Source of the DNA: Octopus sinensis
Lineage: Eukaryota
Assembly: GCF_006345805.1 (NCBI RefSeq)
Contig: NC_042998.1
Location: forward strand, 171,306,001 to 171,370,000
DNA: 64,000 bases
Direction of reading: 5' to 3'
A program made the translations under genes and the position numbers. The first letter of the stretch is position 1, and every line of letters starts with the position of its first letter. The notes beneath the pieces were generated by a model. That model was not told the origin of the DNA, made no database searches, and worked only from the letters and a program-made list of their open reading frames with translations. Positions 63,561 to 64,000 of this stretch are shown here, one piece after another.

Positions 63561-63891
63561 TATCTATCTATCTATCTGCAACAGGTGTAATAGAAGGCGA
63601 ATAAATTGAAGAGCGGTAATTTCAGATAAAAGTGCTTTACGATATTTGTTTCTCCGGATTAGATAATTCCCTGTTTACTCTGGCTGTTAAGTATTTTAAA
63701 CCGATGATTCGAAATCTGTAACCAATGATGCTATTCTTCACTTCTGGTGGTACAACAACAACAAAAATTATACAAGTACTTGTATTTAAGTATTGTGAAA
63801 GATGACCCTGTGAGACCCTTGATAACAGGTTGTTGTCCGTTCTTACAGAATTAGCAATTAAAATTGAGAGCTCTGAGAAGTGAAATGTATC

Positions 63892-63892
<1 letters not shown>

Positions 63893-63940
<48 letters not shown>

Positions 63941-63957
63941 TAATAATAATAATAATG

Positions 63958-63990
<33 letters not shown>
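63893..63990. repeat. (TAA)n microsatellite
   Basis: Direct reading. Confidence 0.97.
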
Positions 63991-64000
63991 TATAGTAACA

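Overview
AT-rich eukaryotic (animal) genomic DNA, dense in microsatellites, SINEs and decayed transposons. The repeat families look like those of a coleoid cephalopod (Octopus-like); this is an inference from recalled repeats, not a search result. The only host-gene sequence I can support is one 594-bp internal coding exon (18004-18597, minus strand, AG/GT bounded, phase 1-1) of a class A neuropeptide GPCR of the pyrokinin/CAPA/PRXamide/neuromedin-U receptor type. I found no flanking exons by eye, so much of the window may be giant introns. The rest is mobile-element debris: two main tRNA-derived SINE families, six Tc1/mariner relics plus a pogo/Tigger fragment, a Merlin-like MITE with telomere-type repeats, a non-autonomous Helitron, RTE, CR1-like, L1/Tx1 and RLE-type (R4/Dong, CRE-like) LINE fragments, and several Penelope-like element (PLE) fragments. 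Most notable: (i) six type I hammerhead ribozyme motifs with palindromic stem III, including one with an intact core and a very long stem II in a ~300-bp non-coding unit; (ii) a 1.85-kb composite with Tigger-type ends, TA flanks and 115-bp inverted repeats built partly from a LINE 3' tail, enclosing an L1/Tx1 RT fragment; (iii) a SINE tail shared with that LINE, plus multimeric, tail-swapped SINEs. Most ORFs in the supplied track are microsatellite artefacts.
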